A stretch of DNA of 63,792 nt, the filler included, from Reticulomyxa filosa (taxonomy: Eukaryota; Protista; Foraminifera): assembly GCA_000512085.1 (NCBI GenBank). It is 23 parts of 23 records of this genome, joined end to end, with 100 filler letters (N's around TTAATTAATTAA, not from the genome) between each part and the next. Parts side by side here need not be neighbours in the genome. Positions count along the whole stretch, not along the records: positions 1 to 5,836 come from ASPP01018435.1; positions 5,937 to 6,936 come from ASPP01043942.1; positions 7,037 to 8,508 come from ASPP01020398.1; positions 8,609 to 9,933 come from ASPP01014100.1; positions 10,034 to 11,564 come from ASPP01037621.1; 18 more parts are not named here. One strand, given 5' to 3'. The notes below the pieces were generated by a model, which worked only from the letters and a program-made list of their open reading frames with translations, had not been told where the DNA came from and ran no database searches. Positions 1 to 11,664 of this stretch are shown in pieces (the stretch's first letter is position 1; every line of letters starts with the position of its first letter). Made by a program: the position numbers and the translations under genes.

Positions 1-998
1 TCTTGGAAGAACAGCTATTCATTCGACGTTAAGATTTATTACTTTATTTATCAACTTCAAAAAAACTTTTTTTACGCATTAAGATAAAAGGAAGTGAGAA
101 GGGGGAGAAAAAAGCACGAAGGTTTTTTTTAATACTGGATGCAATGTGAACATCATTATTTCAATAGGAGAACTGCTGAGGGAATTTCGGATATTGGCGG
201 GGTTTTTCTTTTTGCTGGGTTTGCTGATTATCTTTGGGTCTGCCATGGGCTGGCAATATTGCATGTTTTTTGTGATTGAGGCATCTGTGTTTGCGATGAC
301 AGCAATGGCAGGTATGTCGACATGGTGGCTCTTAGACAAATCGGAATTGTTTAATCTGCCTTTGCTAATGGAAAAGCGCTTGGAAGAGTTGGGAGTAAAG
401 AATGAAGACGAACCTGAACATGTAAAATCGGCGCCTCCTTTACGTATTGTTTTGGATGATGGAAAAGCCATCTTCTTTTTTTTACGACATTTAGTCCGCG
501 AGCTATCCTTGGAAAATGTACTTTTCTTGGCTGATGTAATGCACTTCAAGAATGCATTTGTGCAAAATAAGAAGTTAGCAACATCCGTAAATATAACCCG
601 GACGTACTTCTAAAACTGTCATTTTTTTGTCTATGGTGTATAGAGTATTTAACAACGTCCCAGGGTTTTTTATCCGTGTGTGTGACCTGGCAAAGTATGG
701 TTATGTAGATAATCGAACTTTTGTTCAATATGCTTGGGCACTAAGTCATGCATACGTTGAAAATGTTAGTGCGTCATATGTCACAGCGATTCATTCGGAA
801 ACACGCGAGAGAATACTCGACTATTTGATGGAATTGGAACCTCAAAAGGAGACCGAATTTACCAACAATGACTGGCTTCAGCTTTGTAATGTATTCGACC
901 GAGCTGCTCAAGAGGTCTGGGAGCTGGTCAACCAATCTTGGAAACGATACATCCGATCACCAGTTCATCTTTCTTACTATACTCAAACACTTTTTTAA
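1..998 (+). CDS. Transmembrane protein with C-terminal RGS domain (7TM-RGS-like), 5'-partial, spliced
   Basis: Two hydrophobic helices (ILAGFFFLLGLLIIFG; FFVIEASVFAMTAMAG) precede RGS motifs 'FFFLRHLVRELSLENVLFLADV' and 'FDRAAQEVWELVNQSWKRY'. ORFs 146-613 and 627-998 can be joined by a short intron ending at AG 643. Confidence 0.75.
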
Positions 999-1589
999 AA
1001 AATTTGCAAGTCGAAAATAACGACATAACGATAATACATAAAAATAAATGCACTCAATAGCAATTTGCTGAATTCAAAATGACTGAAGGAGGAAACAGAC
1101 AGCGCAATTTATCAGAAGAAGTAGTACAAATGATGCGCCAAAAGGAAGCAATGGAGCAAAAGACACAAAACACCACGTTGTGACAATCAATTCAAAAATG
1201 TGAAAGTGTGAATAATTAAGGGATGGACATATTTTTTTTGTACACTTAAAGAAAAAAAGAAAAAACGAGAGGCTAACCAATATTCAGTTGTTGTTGATTG
1301 ACAACAATTTTTTGCAATTGTCGATGAATTCATGTAAACATGATATGAGAAAAAAACCTTCTCGCACATTGCGTTAATATAAACAAAATTGTTCTTGGAA
1401 GAAAAATAATGCTTCAACGCTACTACGGAAAAAGAAAACATAACAACCTTTTCATTCGGTGTTGATTTTTCGACAATCAACATAAAAAGTAACGAGACCA
1501 AACATCACAAGCGAGAAGAACCGCCCGTGAGTAAAACAAAGAGGAAGAAAGAGAAAAAAAAGTAAATCCGTACAAGAAGTACATTGGTA

Positions 1590-4361
1590 TCAATACTCAA
1601 TAGATCGCAAAATGTCCTTGATAGTGTCTGAGTCCCAACTCTCTGTTGGACCTGGATCGGCAGTTTTTTTGGGGTTTGGGCCAAATGTCAAAATGTCGGG
1701 AGACTCCTCAACTTTCAAAACTTGATTTTGAATTGGCCGAGATTTTGTGTCATTGGATTTTTTGGATCTAAAGTGTGGATTCCAAATTTGATATTTAGGT
1801 ATATTCGATAGTGTTTTGAGAAACTTAGATCTGGTTTTTTGATGGCCGATTCTTGGCTTTTCTGCCTTTTCTGTCTTTTCTGTCTTTTCCATCTTTTCTG
1901 CCTTTTCTTCCTCCTTTTTGGCTTCCCCTTTTTCTTCCTCCTTTCTTACTTCTTCTTTTTCTTTTTTCGCTTTTTCTTCATCATTGTCAGTGCTCTTACG
2001 GCTGGGGCTCTTTTTTTTTTCCTCTTTTATTTTTGACAGCAGGAGATTGCATTTCACCACTTGTTGGGGGGAGGACCAACTGATCCCCGCTAATGCTTTG
2101 ACGCCTAGATGTTCGGCTAATTGTCAAACTGTCATTTCGGCTGCGACTTCGAGTTGGGCTGTTCATTGATGCCATCGACAGAGAGTTTTCTTTTACAACA
2201 AAAAAAAAGTCATCCACTGATACACTGTTATCACTGTCATCTGGTGTCACTTCGTCCAATATTAACTGTGCCTCTTGTTTTTCTTCTTCAGTTATTTCTG
2301 ATTTGTCAATTGTTTCCTTTATTCTCTCCAGCGGGATACGGTCTGAGTTGTCATTGCCTATTCCACAGCAACCACAACATCAAAAACAACAGCTTATACA
2401 AAAAATAAAATATAAACATATATAAATATATATGTATATATTCTATTAATACTCAACATCCAACCAAACGCTTTAAAGAATTATTGGATCGATTTTGAAT
2501 ATCACTTCGAACCTTTTGGCGAATGAAATCATCCAAATTAATCTTTCCATCCTTATCGTTGTCCATGCATTCCATAATGTCAACAGCGCGCGCTTTTGCA
2601 TCTTCTGCAACAAACCCACTTTCCATCAGCCATATCTCTAAGTCCTGTCTGTCGATGTAACCCTTCCCCTTTGTGTCAATCTCATCAAATGCCTTCAACA
2701 GCAATGTTTTCTGTGCTTCCGTCATTTCATTAATCATTGAACTGCGAGCAATCACAAAACACACATCATACACTATTTTCATAATGCTCACTTTTTGTGT
2801 CAGTCTTTTTTTTCCAATATAACGCATAAAAAATTGGATAAACGGACATGTTTAAAAAAAAAAAAGGAGAGACTCAACTTGACCAGAATATTTTGCAAAA
2901 CATCTTTTTTTTTTAAAAAAAAAAGAAAATGTATATTGTTTTCAATTGCAAAAAAAAAAAAAAAAGAGACAAACTTGCTTGGTGAAATGCGCCGATAGTT
3001 TGTAAAAGACGATCACCTAAGAAATCAGAGGATTGTGTTTGTCGCAAAAAATCATGAGTGAGTGCTTGCTGAGCGGAAAGTCTGTTTTTGGAATCGCGAG
3101 TGAGCAGTTTGCGAATGAAGTCTTTGCACTGTTTGGATAAGCGAATGGACTTTGGGAAAGGGAGTCGATCGTTGTATTGAACAATTTGCTTGATCACTTG
3201 GCGTTCAGTCCCAGCGAATGGAGCTTGACCAGTGACCAATATGTATGCGACAACGCCAATGCTCCACATGTCGTGTTTTTTTAGCTCCCATCCTTGGCGT
3301 TCCCGGTTGATTTCCGGAGGAAGGAACAAAAGTGTACCAACTATGTTTTTTTTTTTTTTAAAAAGGCAAAAAAAAAAAAAAAAAAGGGGTTGGTTTAGAA
3401 AAAATGTTGCCGGAAACAAGTTAAGTACTTCGTGCCCTGCACGCTCTTTTGTCTTATGCTTTGAAATTTTCCTACTCTCTTTTTTTTTTTTTTGTTAATT
3501 GCAAAAATGACACAAAACATGTGCTTTTATAGGTCTTTTGGTAATCTACACGAATAGCATCTCCAAAGTCAATCAACAGCAAATTGGATTTACTTTTCGT
3601 CGTTCCAAATACCAAATTGGCTGGCTTTATGTCCCGATGAACTATCTCTTTTTCGTGCAAATATTTTACTCCTTTCACAATCTCTCTCAAATATTCACTG
3701 GTTTTTTGTTCCGAATATGTATGCGACTTGCTTATACGGTCTTGAAAGCATACACACATATATTTATTTTTTTGGAGAAGGAAAAATCATACAATGTATA
3801 CGTAGTTCTGGTTTGTTTTTTATTTTATTTATTGATTTGGGTTTTTGCACGTTTTGTTTTTTTTTTTTTTGCACAAATAAGTGTCTTTACTCAGATTGCA
3901 GCATAACCATACCAAGAAGTGCTCCACCGGATGCCATTTCAGTCAAAATATACAAGCTTGAGTCATCGATAAATGCGTCATGGAACCTTCATGATCCACC
4001 GGCCAAAACACAAACAATAACTTAGATGTAAAAAATTGTGAACGGTTGTGCTTCAAAAAAAAAAAAAAAAGGGAACTTGACAATATTTTGATTCTTCAGC
4101 CCTGCCAATATATTCACTTCGTTGGAAAAAACGTTGCAAATTTTCGGTAATAGATATTGGCATTTTTTTCACTGCTACAGTTATCTTTTTGTCCAACAGC
4201 TCTGCTTCGTACACCACACAGCTGTACCCTTTCCCAAGCACTCGCAATATCTTAAACTTTTCATGAATCTTTTGTACAAAATGATTTGCACGCAAATAGT
4301 GTAAAAGATCTTGTCCGATCAAGCATGGGATCGAATACGTTCCTGAATTTCGACGGCTCAT
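1590..4361 (-). CDS. Calcium-dependent protein kinase-like (kinase + EF-hands), multi-exon, with homopolymer frameshifts
   Basis: Kinase motifs LGKGYSCVV, VAVKK, EMASGGALL (exon ~3912-3986), HRDIKPAN, DFG, PPE and DMWSIGVVAYILVTGQAPF. EF-hands DEIDTKGKGYID and MDNDKDGKINLDDF, degenerate EF-like segments at ~2200-2357, then a K/E-rich tail. Confidence 0.85.
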
Positions 4362-4703
4362 AATTCTGTTCTTTGTGGACCTTTCTTCCCCTCCAGTATT
4401 TGTTCAAAAAACTCTTTGTGAGAAAAATAATCTTGGTGAACTGAAAAATATTGAATAGCTTTTAACTATAACAACAAAAGCCTCACTACACTGTGAACTC
4501 TTGTAATATAATATAAATTTTAATTTAGATTCACAGTTAATGACGAAAAGTTGAGAAAAGTATTGCAAGAAAAAAACCGTATTATAAGAATAAATTTTCA
4601 TCAGAGTACATTTTTTAACGAGAGAAGTTGCACATGTGGACCAAGTATAAAAGTGATATTTTTGTTGAAAAAAGTTGCTACTGAATCAGTTCAGCTCGAT
4701 AAA

Positions 4704-5800
4704 TTTAAACAAATGTATTCACTGGTTGATACGTGTAGCAACACGTCCGAATTAGTATTGCCACAAAAGCCAACGAATATATTGAAAGAAACAGATACGG
4801 TCGTAAACGGTTTTAAGCCAAACACGGTCAACACTACACCGTTATCAACACAAAGCAATGAAGATGCCGAGAGCAAACAAGAAATAATGAATTCTGAAGC
4901 TCCGTTGCAACGTTTTCGTGTGTGTACTTGGAATCTATGGTGTGTGTCGTGTGTACACATCGAATGGAATGCATGCATGAGTTGGAGTGGATAGGTTTGA
5001 CGTTTGGAAGAGGGGTAGGCATAGACGGAAGGGAGGGGGGGGGGAAGAGGATGGGTAAAAAAACCCCAAAAAAAGGGGAGGGGGGAATGTTTGAAAATGA
5101 ACCAGGACAATGCCATTTGCAAGCCCACGAACATTATCCAACCCATACCGTTGCAGCCGTTATCTGTGTAAAGTAGCAAAATGGCAAAAATGGGACGATT
5201 TTGATGGACTGATTGTATGTTGTTTTCAAGAGCTCTGGGCATGGAAGACCGGTCTCTTTCCTCCATTTCTTCTAACTTGTATTTCTTGGGTTGAATTCGT
5301 ACCCCTTATAGGTATTGCCATTAAAACTTTTCTATCACTCTTGCACAATTCAAACTTACAAAAAGGGAAAGAGCCCAAAAAAAAAAGTTTTTTTTTTTTT
5401 GGGGTCTTCTTTCCCTTCCCCCCCCCCCCCCGTTTTTTTTTTTTTTTAATAAAAAAAAAATGGTGAAACAGGACGAGTGATATCAATACTGTTCCAATTG
5501 CTATCCTTGCTGCTGGGACTGTTGCCAATATTGAAATGCATCCCATTGACGTACTGTCCGAAAGCACGTTTCTTGCGTCGGATTGCGAAATATTTACCTT
5601 ATTCGGTGTTCAACCACAAAGTGCGCTTGACGACGATATTGGACAGTGGCCTCGCCATGTGCTTCAATCAGCCCCCCAACTCGAACGGCTTTGAACACTA
5701 TGTGCATCACGAATGCGAGGATTCGTTAGCCAACAAAGGCTTTTTATGGGCCTACTTTCATCAGCACCAGTTGTTAGTAATTAACACACATTTACAGGTT
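4704..5800 (+). CDS. Endonuclease/exonuclease/phosphatase (EEP) family, neutral sphingomyelinase-like, multi-exon, 3'-partial
   Basis: EEP motifs in order across exons: RFRVCTWNLW, CCFQELW, DSGL, DSLANKGF, VINTHLQ. Confidence 0.75.
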
Positions 5801-5836
5801 TGACTACTTTTTTTTTTTTTTTTTTTTTTTAAAAAA

Positions 5837-5936
5837 NNNNNNNNNNNNNNNNNNNNNNNNNNNNNNNNNNNNNNNNNNNNTTAATTAATTAANNNNNNNN
5901 NNNNNNNNNNNNNNNNNNNNNNNNNNNNNNNNNNNN
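5837..5936. other. Artificial contig spacer (first of 22)
   Basis: 44 N + TTAATTAATTAA (stop codons in all six frames) + 44 N. Identical spacers start at 5837, 6937, 8509, 9934, 11565, 13330, 14590, 19040, 25989, 31793, 33850, 35915, 39465, 40964, 42528, 46096, 48956, 50404, 55902, 58425, 59928 and 62030. Confidence 0.99.
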
Positions 5937-6936
5937 CAGTCTATAGTGTAATCATTTCAATATTCAAGCATTTGAGCAAGAATTACAATCTGCTATGAAA
6001 ATCACTAAATATATTGTCATTGCAATCCATCAGCCCAATGATGGCGCAAATGGGGACTGGAAATCGATCGATGAATGAAATCAACGTAGACAATACTGAC
6101 ATGACATTTAATCTATGATCAGCGGTCTATTAATATTACAGAATAATATCAACAGATTTTATTCCAATGCTCAAATATTAGAACAAAATTTGCATCAGAA
6201 GCAGCCCCATATCTATCTACCGCAAGAAAGATTCAGGTCAAAGAAGAATGATATAGACTATAATTTCCAGTATATATATATTCATCACTGAAGTGAAACA
6301 GGTAGAGCTGGAGTATTATGTCGAAGAGATTTACATTCCATTTCACGATCATTCACTAATATGACTGATACATTCAATATATTTGGTTATGAATTGTGTT
6401 GGGTCCTGATCAAAAAAAGCTATTGTTATTCTGCAGTCTCTATCGAAGCTTGCAGTGTAATCAATTTAATATATAAGCATTCGAGCAAAAATTACAATTT
6501 GCTCAAAAAATAACAGAATATCAAAATACTGACGATGTGGGTTAAAACCACGTGGTCTTCACGCATTGAGACTTGGAATCTAAGAAGTAATAAATGGGAA
6601 CAATTTAGATTGAGATTGAAAAGAAACATCGACAATTGGATGCAATCTATTGTTCATATTGTGCTTGGCAGATCTCTTATAAAGCTTCAAATTCTTGGCA
6701 TCCTTTGCTTACGAAAGCAATTCTTTAATTTCTGAACTATCTTTCGTAATCAACTTAACTATCACTCCACCATGGTTTGTTGACTTTCCATATCGTCATG
6801 ATACCAATTGTTGCCTCTCCAGCAGCATTGATGAATAAAGAAACTAATTCAATCACAAGATCAGATGCTGAAAAAGTGCTTCTATTGGCAAAACATTTGC
6901 AGAGCCACCTCAGCCTCCAAAAGATGTTGATGAAAA
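5937..6936 (+). mobile_element. Degenerate non-LTR retrotransposon (LINE) fragments: APE endonuclease and APE-RT linker
   Basis: From ~6127 reads LLILQNNINRF...IYLPQE...*SETGRAGVL...ELCWV, then (frameshifted) CSLYRS. Followed by WNLRSNKWEQF and SDAEKVLLLAKH. NKPWW occurs on the opposite strand at ~6765-6780. Internal stops are present. Confidence 0.7.
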
Positions 6937-7677
6937 NNNNNNNNNNNNNNNNNNNNNNNNNNNNNNNNNNNNNNNNNNNNTTAATTAATTAANNNNNNNN
7001 NNNNNNNNNNNNNNNNNNNNNNNNNNNNNNNNNNNNTGATTGTGTAAATGATGTATGCTGGTGTGTAACAATAACATCAGTTGTGTGTAGGAAAAAGAAG
7101 TTGATCAAGCATTTACCTTTCTGGTGCCTTTTAAATTTTTTTAGATTCCACGTCTTAGATATAACAAGCCATAGCGATCGTAAGCTTAAATAACTTTCGA
7201 AATATTTCACCTCAAATTTCTTCCGTTTACAAAGAAGATTTTGGAAATAGAGTATTTCAGGCGATTTTTTAGAAATTTTTTATCATCTCTTTTCCAAGTA
7301 AAAAATTTGCATTCACATCAATCAACTACTTTAACGAAAATAAAAGAAACTTTTTCTTTTCCAGCAAAGAAAAATTTTTTGAACATCAGGAATTAGAGAA
7401 TGCTTTTTCTATCTAGTGACAGTGATTTTTGATGTATATGTTCGCTTTGTCACTAGAATTTTTACAGTCATCAGAAAACATTAATTACATTATTTTGTGT
7501 AATGCGATTGTTCTTAAAAAAAAAAAAAGATTGATCCGTACAAAAAGTTGAGCAATACATAATGTTCTACAATATGTTTTGTGAAGATGTCATATGAAAA
7601 TTACGAACAGAAATGAACTTGCTTTGCTTTGACAATGATTGCAATTATCTCTCTCTCAAGAAAAAAGACAAACACAT

Positions 7678-8508
7678 TTAATTTGAATATTCACCAGCAA
7701 TTGTTGTGGCACAAGTAAGTTCTTGTCCAAAATTTCTTCCGTCAGGTGTAACTAATCTCCATTCGCAAAGGTAACGACCAGGGGCACTTGGAACTCGGAC
7801 AAAGACACTAACATCAACGCATTGTCCTGGTTTGACGGGAGTAACAATTGAATACTCTTCTTGAACAATCAATGGGTTACCTTTTCTTCCAAAATATTTG
7901 AGCACAGTTCCTTTGGGCCACTCTAGTTCGCCTGTGTTTCGTACTTTCCAATTCTTGCAAAACATTTGGTCTTTGTCCACATAGCTCCCGTTTGAAAGAG
8001 AAAAAGTATCTTGCACGATCTCTGCGTCATAATCTCTGTGTTCAACTGACGAAGAGTTATCATTTTGTTCTTTTTCCTAAAGTTTAAAAGATTTTTTTTT
8101 TTAACGAAATCCAGTTTTTGTGCAAAGTATTGAAAACTACTCACATCGTAGCAAATAACATTAAATTATGGCTTACCTTTGAAGGTACTATTGCCAAAGA
8201 CTCCGGGCACTTTTCAGCTGCCTCATTGAAACTTTCAGTGATTGCATGCTCTTTTTCTCGGTCTTTGATGTATCCTTTTTTCTTTTTTTTTTTTGAGTTG
8301 TCCAAAAAAAAAAAAGGAAATTTAGAGTAGTAAACTTTTTTTTTTATGCGTGATGTATTAAACATGCTACATACCAGAGTAACGTAGACCTTCAATGTTT
8401 GCTTCGTATCGTTAGCAAGTGTCAGCGCATCTGTTAGATCTTCTGGACAACCAATCGTTATGCGGTCCTGTCGAGGTTTGTGTTGTGAATTTCGTTTGTT
8501 TGTATTCA
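7678..8508 (-). CDS. NBR1/ILRUN-like protein (PB1 end + Ig-like FW domain), spliced, partial
   Basis: PB1-like DRITIGCPEDLTDAL...TLKVYV at ~8375-8470. FW domain KNWKVRNTGELEWPKG...PGQCVDVSV...PSAPGRYLCEWRLVTPDGRNFG. Confidence 0.75.
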
Positions 8509-8629
8509 NNNNNNNNNNNNNNNNNNNNNNNNNNNNNNNNNNNNNNNNNNNNTTAATTAATTAANNNNNNNNNNNNNNNNNNNNNNNNNNNNNNNNNNNN
8601 NNNNNNNNAAAAAAAAAAAAAAAAAAAAA

Positions 8630-9880
8630 AGTAACTGTGAGCTCCATTTCCGTATCATTCCAAGGACCACACAAAACAGCGGGCTGAGGTTGGTGTTGTT
8701 GCGAGGGGATTTGAATCCACGAGCAAGGGTATTGGACGAGCGAACCGAAGACGAAGATGAGTTTGAAGGGGTTGCTGACTGACGAGGGCTTTGCCATCGC
8801 GATTTCGTTTTGCAGCTCCTTGTGCTTCTTGCTGTCGGAACTGAACCCAAACTTCAAACACAGCACGCAATCCAGGATTTTCCACTCGCCAAAGCGCAAC
8901 GGCGGCGACAAGCGCGGGTCGAACATTTCCGCATATCTCTCCGCGTTGTAATACACTTGTGTAAAATTCGGGGATTGTTGTGGTAACTTCAGTGCGATAT
9001 AATCAAATAGCTATTTACACATAAAAACATAAAAACATAAAAACATATAAACATATAAACATATAAACATATATATGTATATACATTTATATGTATATTA
9101 AAAGAAAATTGTTAATTAAAAAAAAAAAAAAAAAAATTCTTCAATGAATAACATGTAAGGGATGCAAAGGGACGACGGACTGTTGAACGAGTGGAGAGTC
9201 GGAAGGGACCTCAGGGTCTGTATTTTCCATGACGAGCCCGCATTCCAGCGCTTCTTTCCAATGTCCCAACAGGCAGGAGCACTGGAAATTTCGCAGCGTC
9301 CAATTTTGTCCAATGCTTTTCTGTTTTTTCGTGCTGCTGTCCATCTCGTGCAACCACTTTCGCAGGTCGACAAACTCTTTTATTGATCGACTGTTATTCC
9401 AAAGTCATTATATATGTATATATACACAAATTTTTGTTAAAAAAAAAAAAAAAGCATAGATACAATTAATTATACATAATATATATATATATATATTATG
9501 TATAATTAATTGTATCTATGGTCGCATGAACACAAACCTTCGTAGCGCTAATGCGTAGCGGTGATTGATTTGCTCGATTGTGACTTGGACGTCAGTAGGG
9601 ACAAAGTCTAGCCAACCTCGGGCCAGTTTGACGACTTGGGCGTCTGGCTCACCACCGTGGACTGTCCCGTACATGATAATGTAATCTTGGATTAACTGTG
9701 AACACAACAGGCGGATCTCCGGAGGGTGTTTGTTGGGGTCTCTCTCGTATATATATGTCATTGTCTCCATCATCTCCTTCGGGATTTCTCGATTTCTCGA
9801 TTCCTCGAATTTTCTCAAAATTTCTGTGCGCTTGTCTTGAAGCTCATTCAACATTCTTGTTATTGCTTCCGTGCTTGTTG
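8630..9880 (-). CDS. Hypothetical protein, at least three internal exons
   Basis: Open, GC-richer blocks (~9535-9880, ~9150-9390, ~8635-9010) separated by AT/microsatellite-rich introns. No family recognised. Confidence 0.55.
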
Positions 9881-10033
9881 ATCTCTTTTTTTTGTTTTTT
9901 TGTTTTGTTTTGTTTTGTTTTGTTTTGTTTTGTNNNNNNNNNNNNNNNNNNNNNNNNNNNNNNNNNNNNNNNNNNNNTTAATTAATTAANNNNNNNNNNN
10001 NNNNNNNNNNNNNNNNNNNNNNNNNNNNNNNNN

Positions 10034-11564
10034 GAACATATTTGCTCTCAAAGTAATGAGCAGTCAAATGCAGTGGTGATTGAACAAATCGATCAATTAA
10101 AGCAATGGAAGGAGGGTTTTGAAAAGATATTGGACAATATTCCAAATGGTGGATTGAATTTAATTCATAATAATATTTTGAAATTTTTGTACAAAGAATT
10201 TGAGAGACAAATACCCAAATGCAAACGAAGTCATTCCACTCACAGACAATGGTTCATTGCATTTCAATTGTTTTTAAAATTGATTTGTTTAAGACGAGAA
10301 TTGGTCTTAGAGAAATGGATTGCCAATGAGTTGAATGGATTTGGATTCCAAACACTACGAGGAAATAATAATATGCAAGAACAAAAGATTGACACAACCG
10401 ACAAACGTACAAAACGTAGTCAAAATGAAGTGATGACCAAATTTATCAAACCTTTCATCAACACTGTACTTAATCAATTACAAGCAACGGAAACTTTACT
10501 TATGATGTGCGGGGCCAAATGCAAAAATTGCTATTTCTTATGTTTATTGCAACAATCTCATCAACAAAGTAGTGAAGTTGAGCACAATTGTTTGGGATCG
10601 CATCAATGTGATCAAGTGTGTAGTCGCTGTCAACAAAGCGAAGCTGAGACCAAAGAAAATTCTTTACCGTGTAAATTGCAATCTGGTCATGAAACGCTTC
10701 ATGATTGTCGTGAGAAAAATCACACGTGTGGTAAGGATTGTTCATTGAAACAATATGGCAATTGCGATGATAAATGTGGCTTGGAATTTGGCCACAGCGA
10801 CGAAATTGATTGTATATGTAACAGTCTCATCCACTACTGCAATGCAAACTGTTCTTTGTCTGGATGTCCAAACAAATGTGAAATCAACTATTCTAAGGAA
10901 CATACAAGACATGAATGTTACGAAAAGAGATGCACAAAATGCTGTGAAATACCTAAATGCGGTACTTAAAAACACGCACACACATACACGCATGCACATT
11001 TTTTGTTTTGAATAAAAATTGAAATTTTGTTTGTAATGTAGAGGCAACATGTGATTGCAATGGAGGTCATTTCCATGACATGGATATGAAAGACGAGAAA
11101 AAGATTGAGAGTGGAATGGTTCCCTTTCATTGTTGTAGCTCAGAAAGACATCAATGTTCGGAAGGATGTGAAGAAAAGGGAAATTGCAAAGTCGAATACA
11201 AACGTGTGGGAAATGGACCAAAAACTTTTAATCCAAAGACTGCTGGGGCCAAATCATTTGAATATGATTCACACATTGCCGCGAATGGTGAGAAACATAA
11301 TTGTAGTCAACTGTTGCCCAAATATAAAAAGATGCACGAAGGACAACACAAATGTACGGAAAATGTGCACACTTGTCAAAGCATTTGTCGAGCTTGTGGG
11401 TACTATTGCATCAAGTCATTTGGACATAATGGTGCGCATTCCACTGCTCATGGCAATATGTCGAATTGTAAATTTATTGTAGAAAGCAATTCTTCTGTCG
11501 AATTCAAAGTGCAAACAAAAAAAACTGTCAAGGACTCCACCACATCAACTGAAAAAGAAGTAAT
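10034..11564 (+). CDS. Internal fragment of a large protein with tandem Cys/His-rich (HxC) repeats; possibly VLIG-GTPase/VWA-associated family
   Basis: A helical region is followed by CGAKCKNCYFLC...HNCLGSHQCDQVC...HDCREKNHTCGKDC...HYCNANC...HECYEKRC. A second exon has HQCSEGC...HNC...HKC...HTCQSICRACGYYC...HSTAHGNM. Intron ~10963-11042. Confidence 0.6.
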
Positions 11565-11664
11565 NNNNNNNNNNNNNNNNNNNNNNNNNNNNNNNNNNNN
11601 NNNNNNNNTTAATTAATTAANNNNNNNNNNNNNNNNNNNNNNNNNNNNNNNNNNNNNNNNNNNN

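Noticed and set aside
5881-5892. Recurrent TTAATTAATTAA as a biological repeat or CRISPR-like array
   Set aside because: Always centred in 44+44 Ns and gives six-frame stops, so it is an assembly linker.
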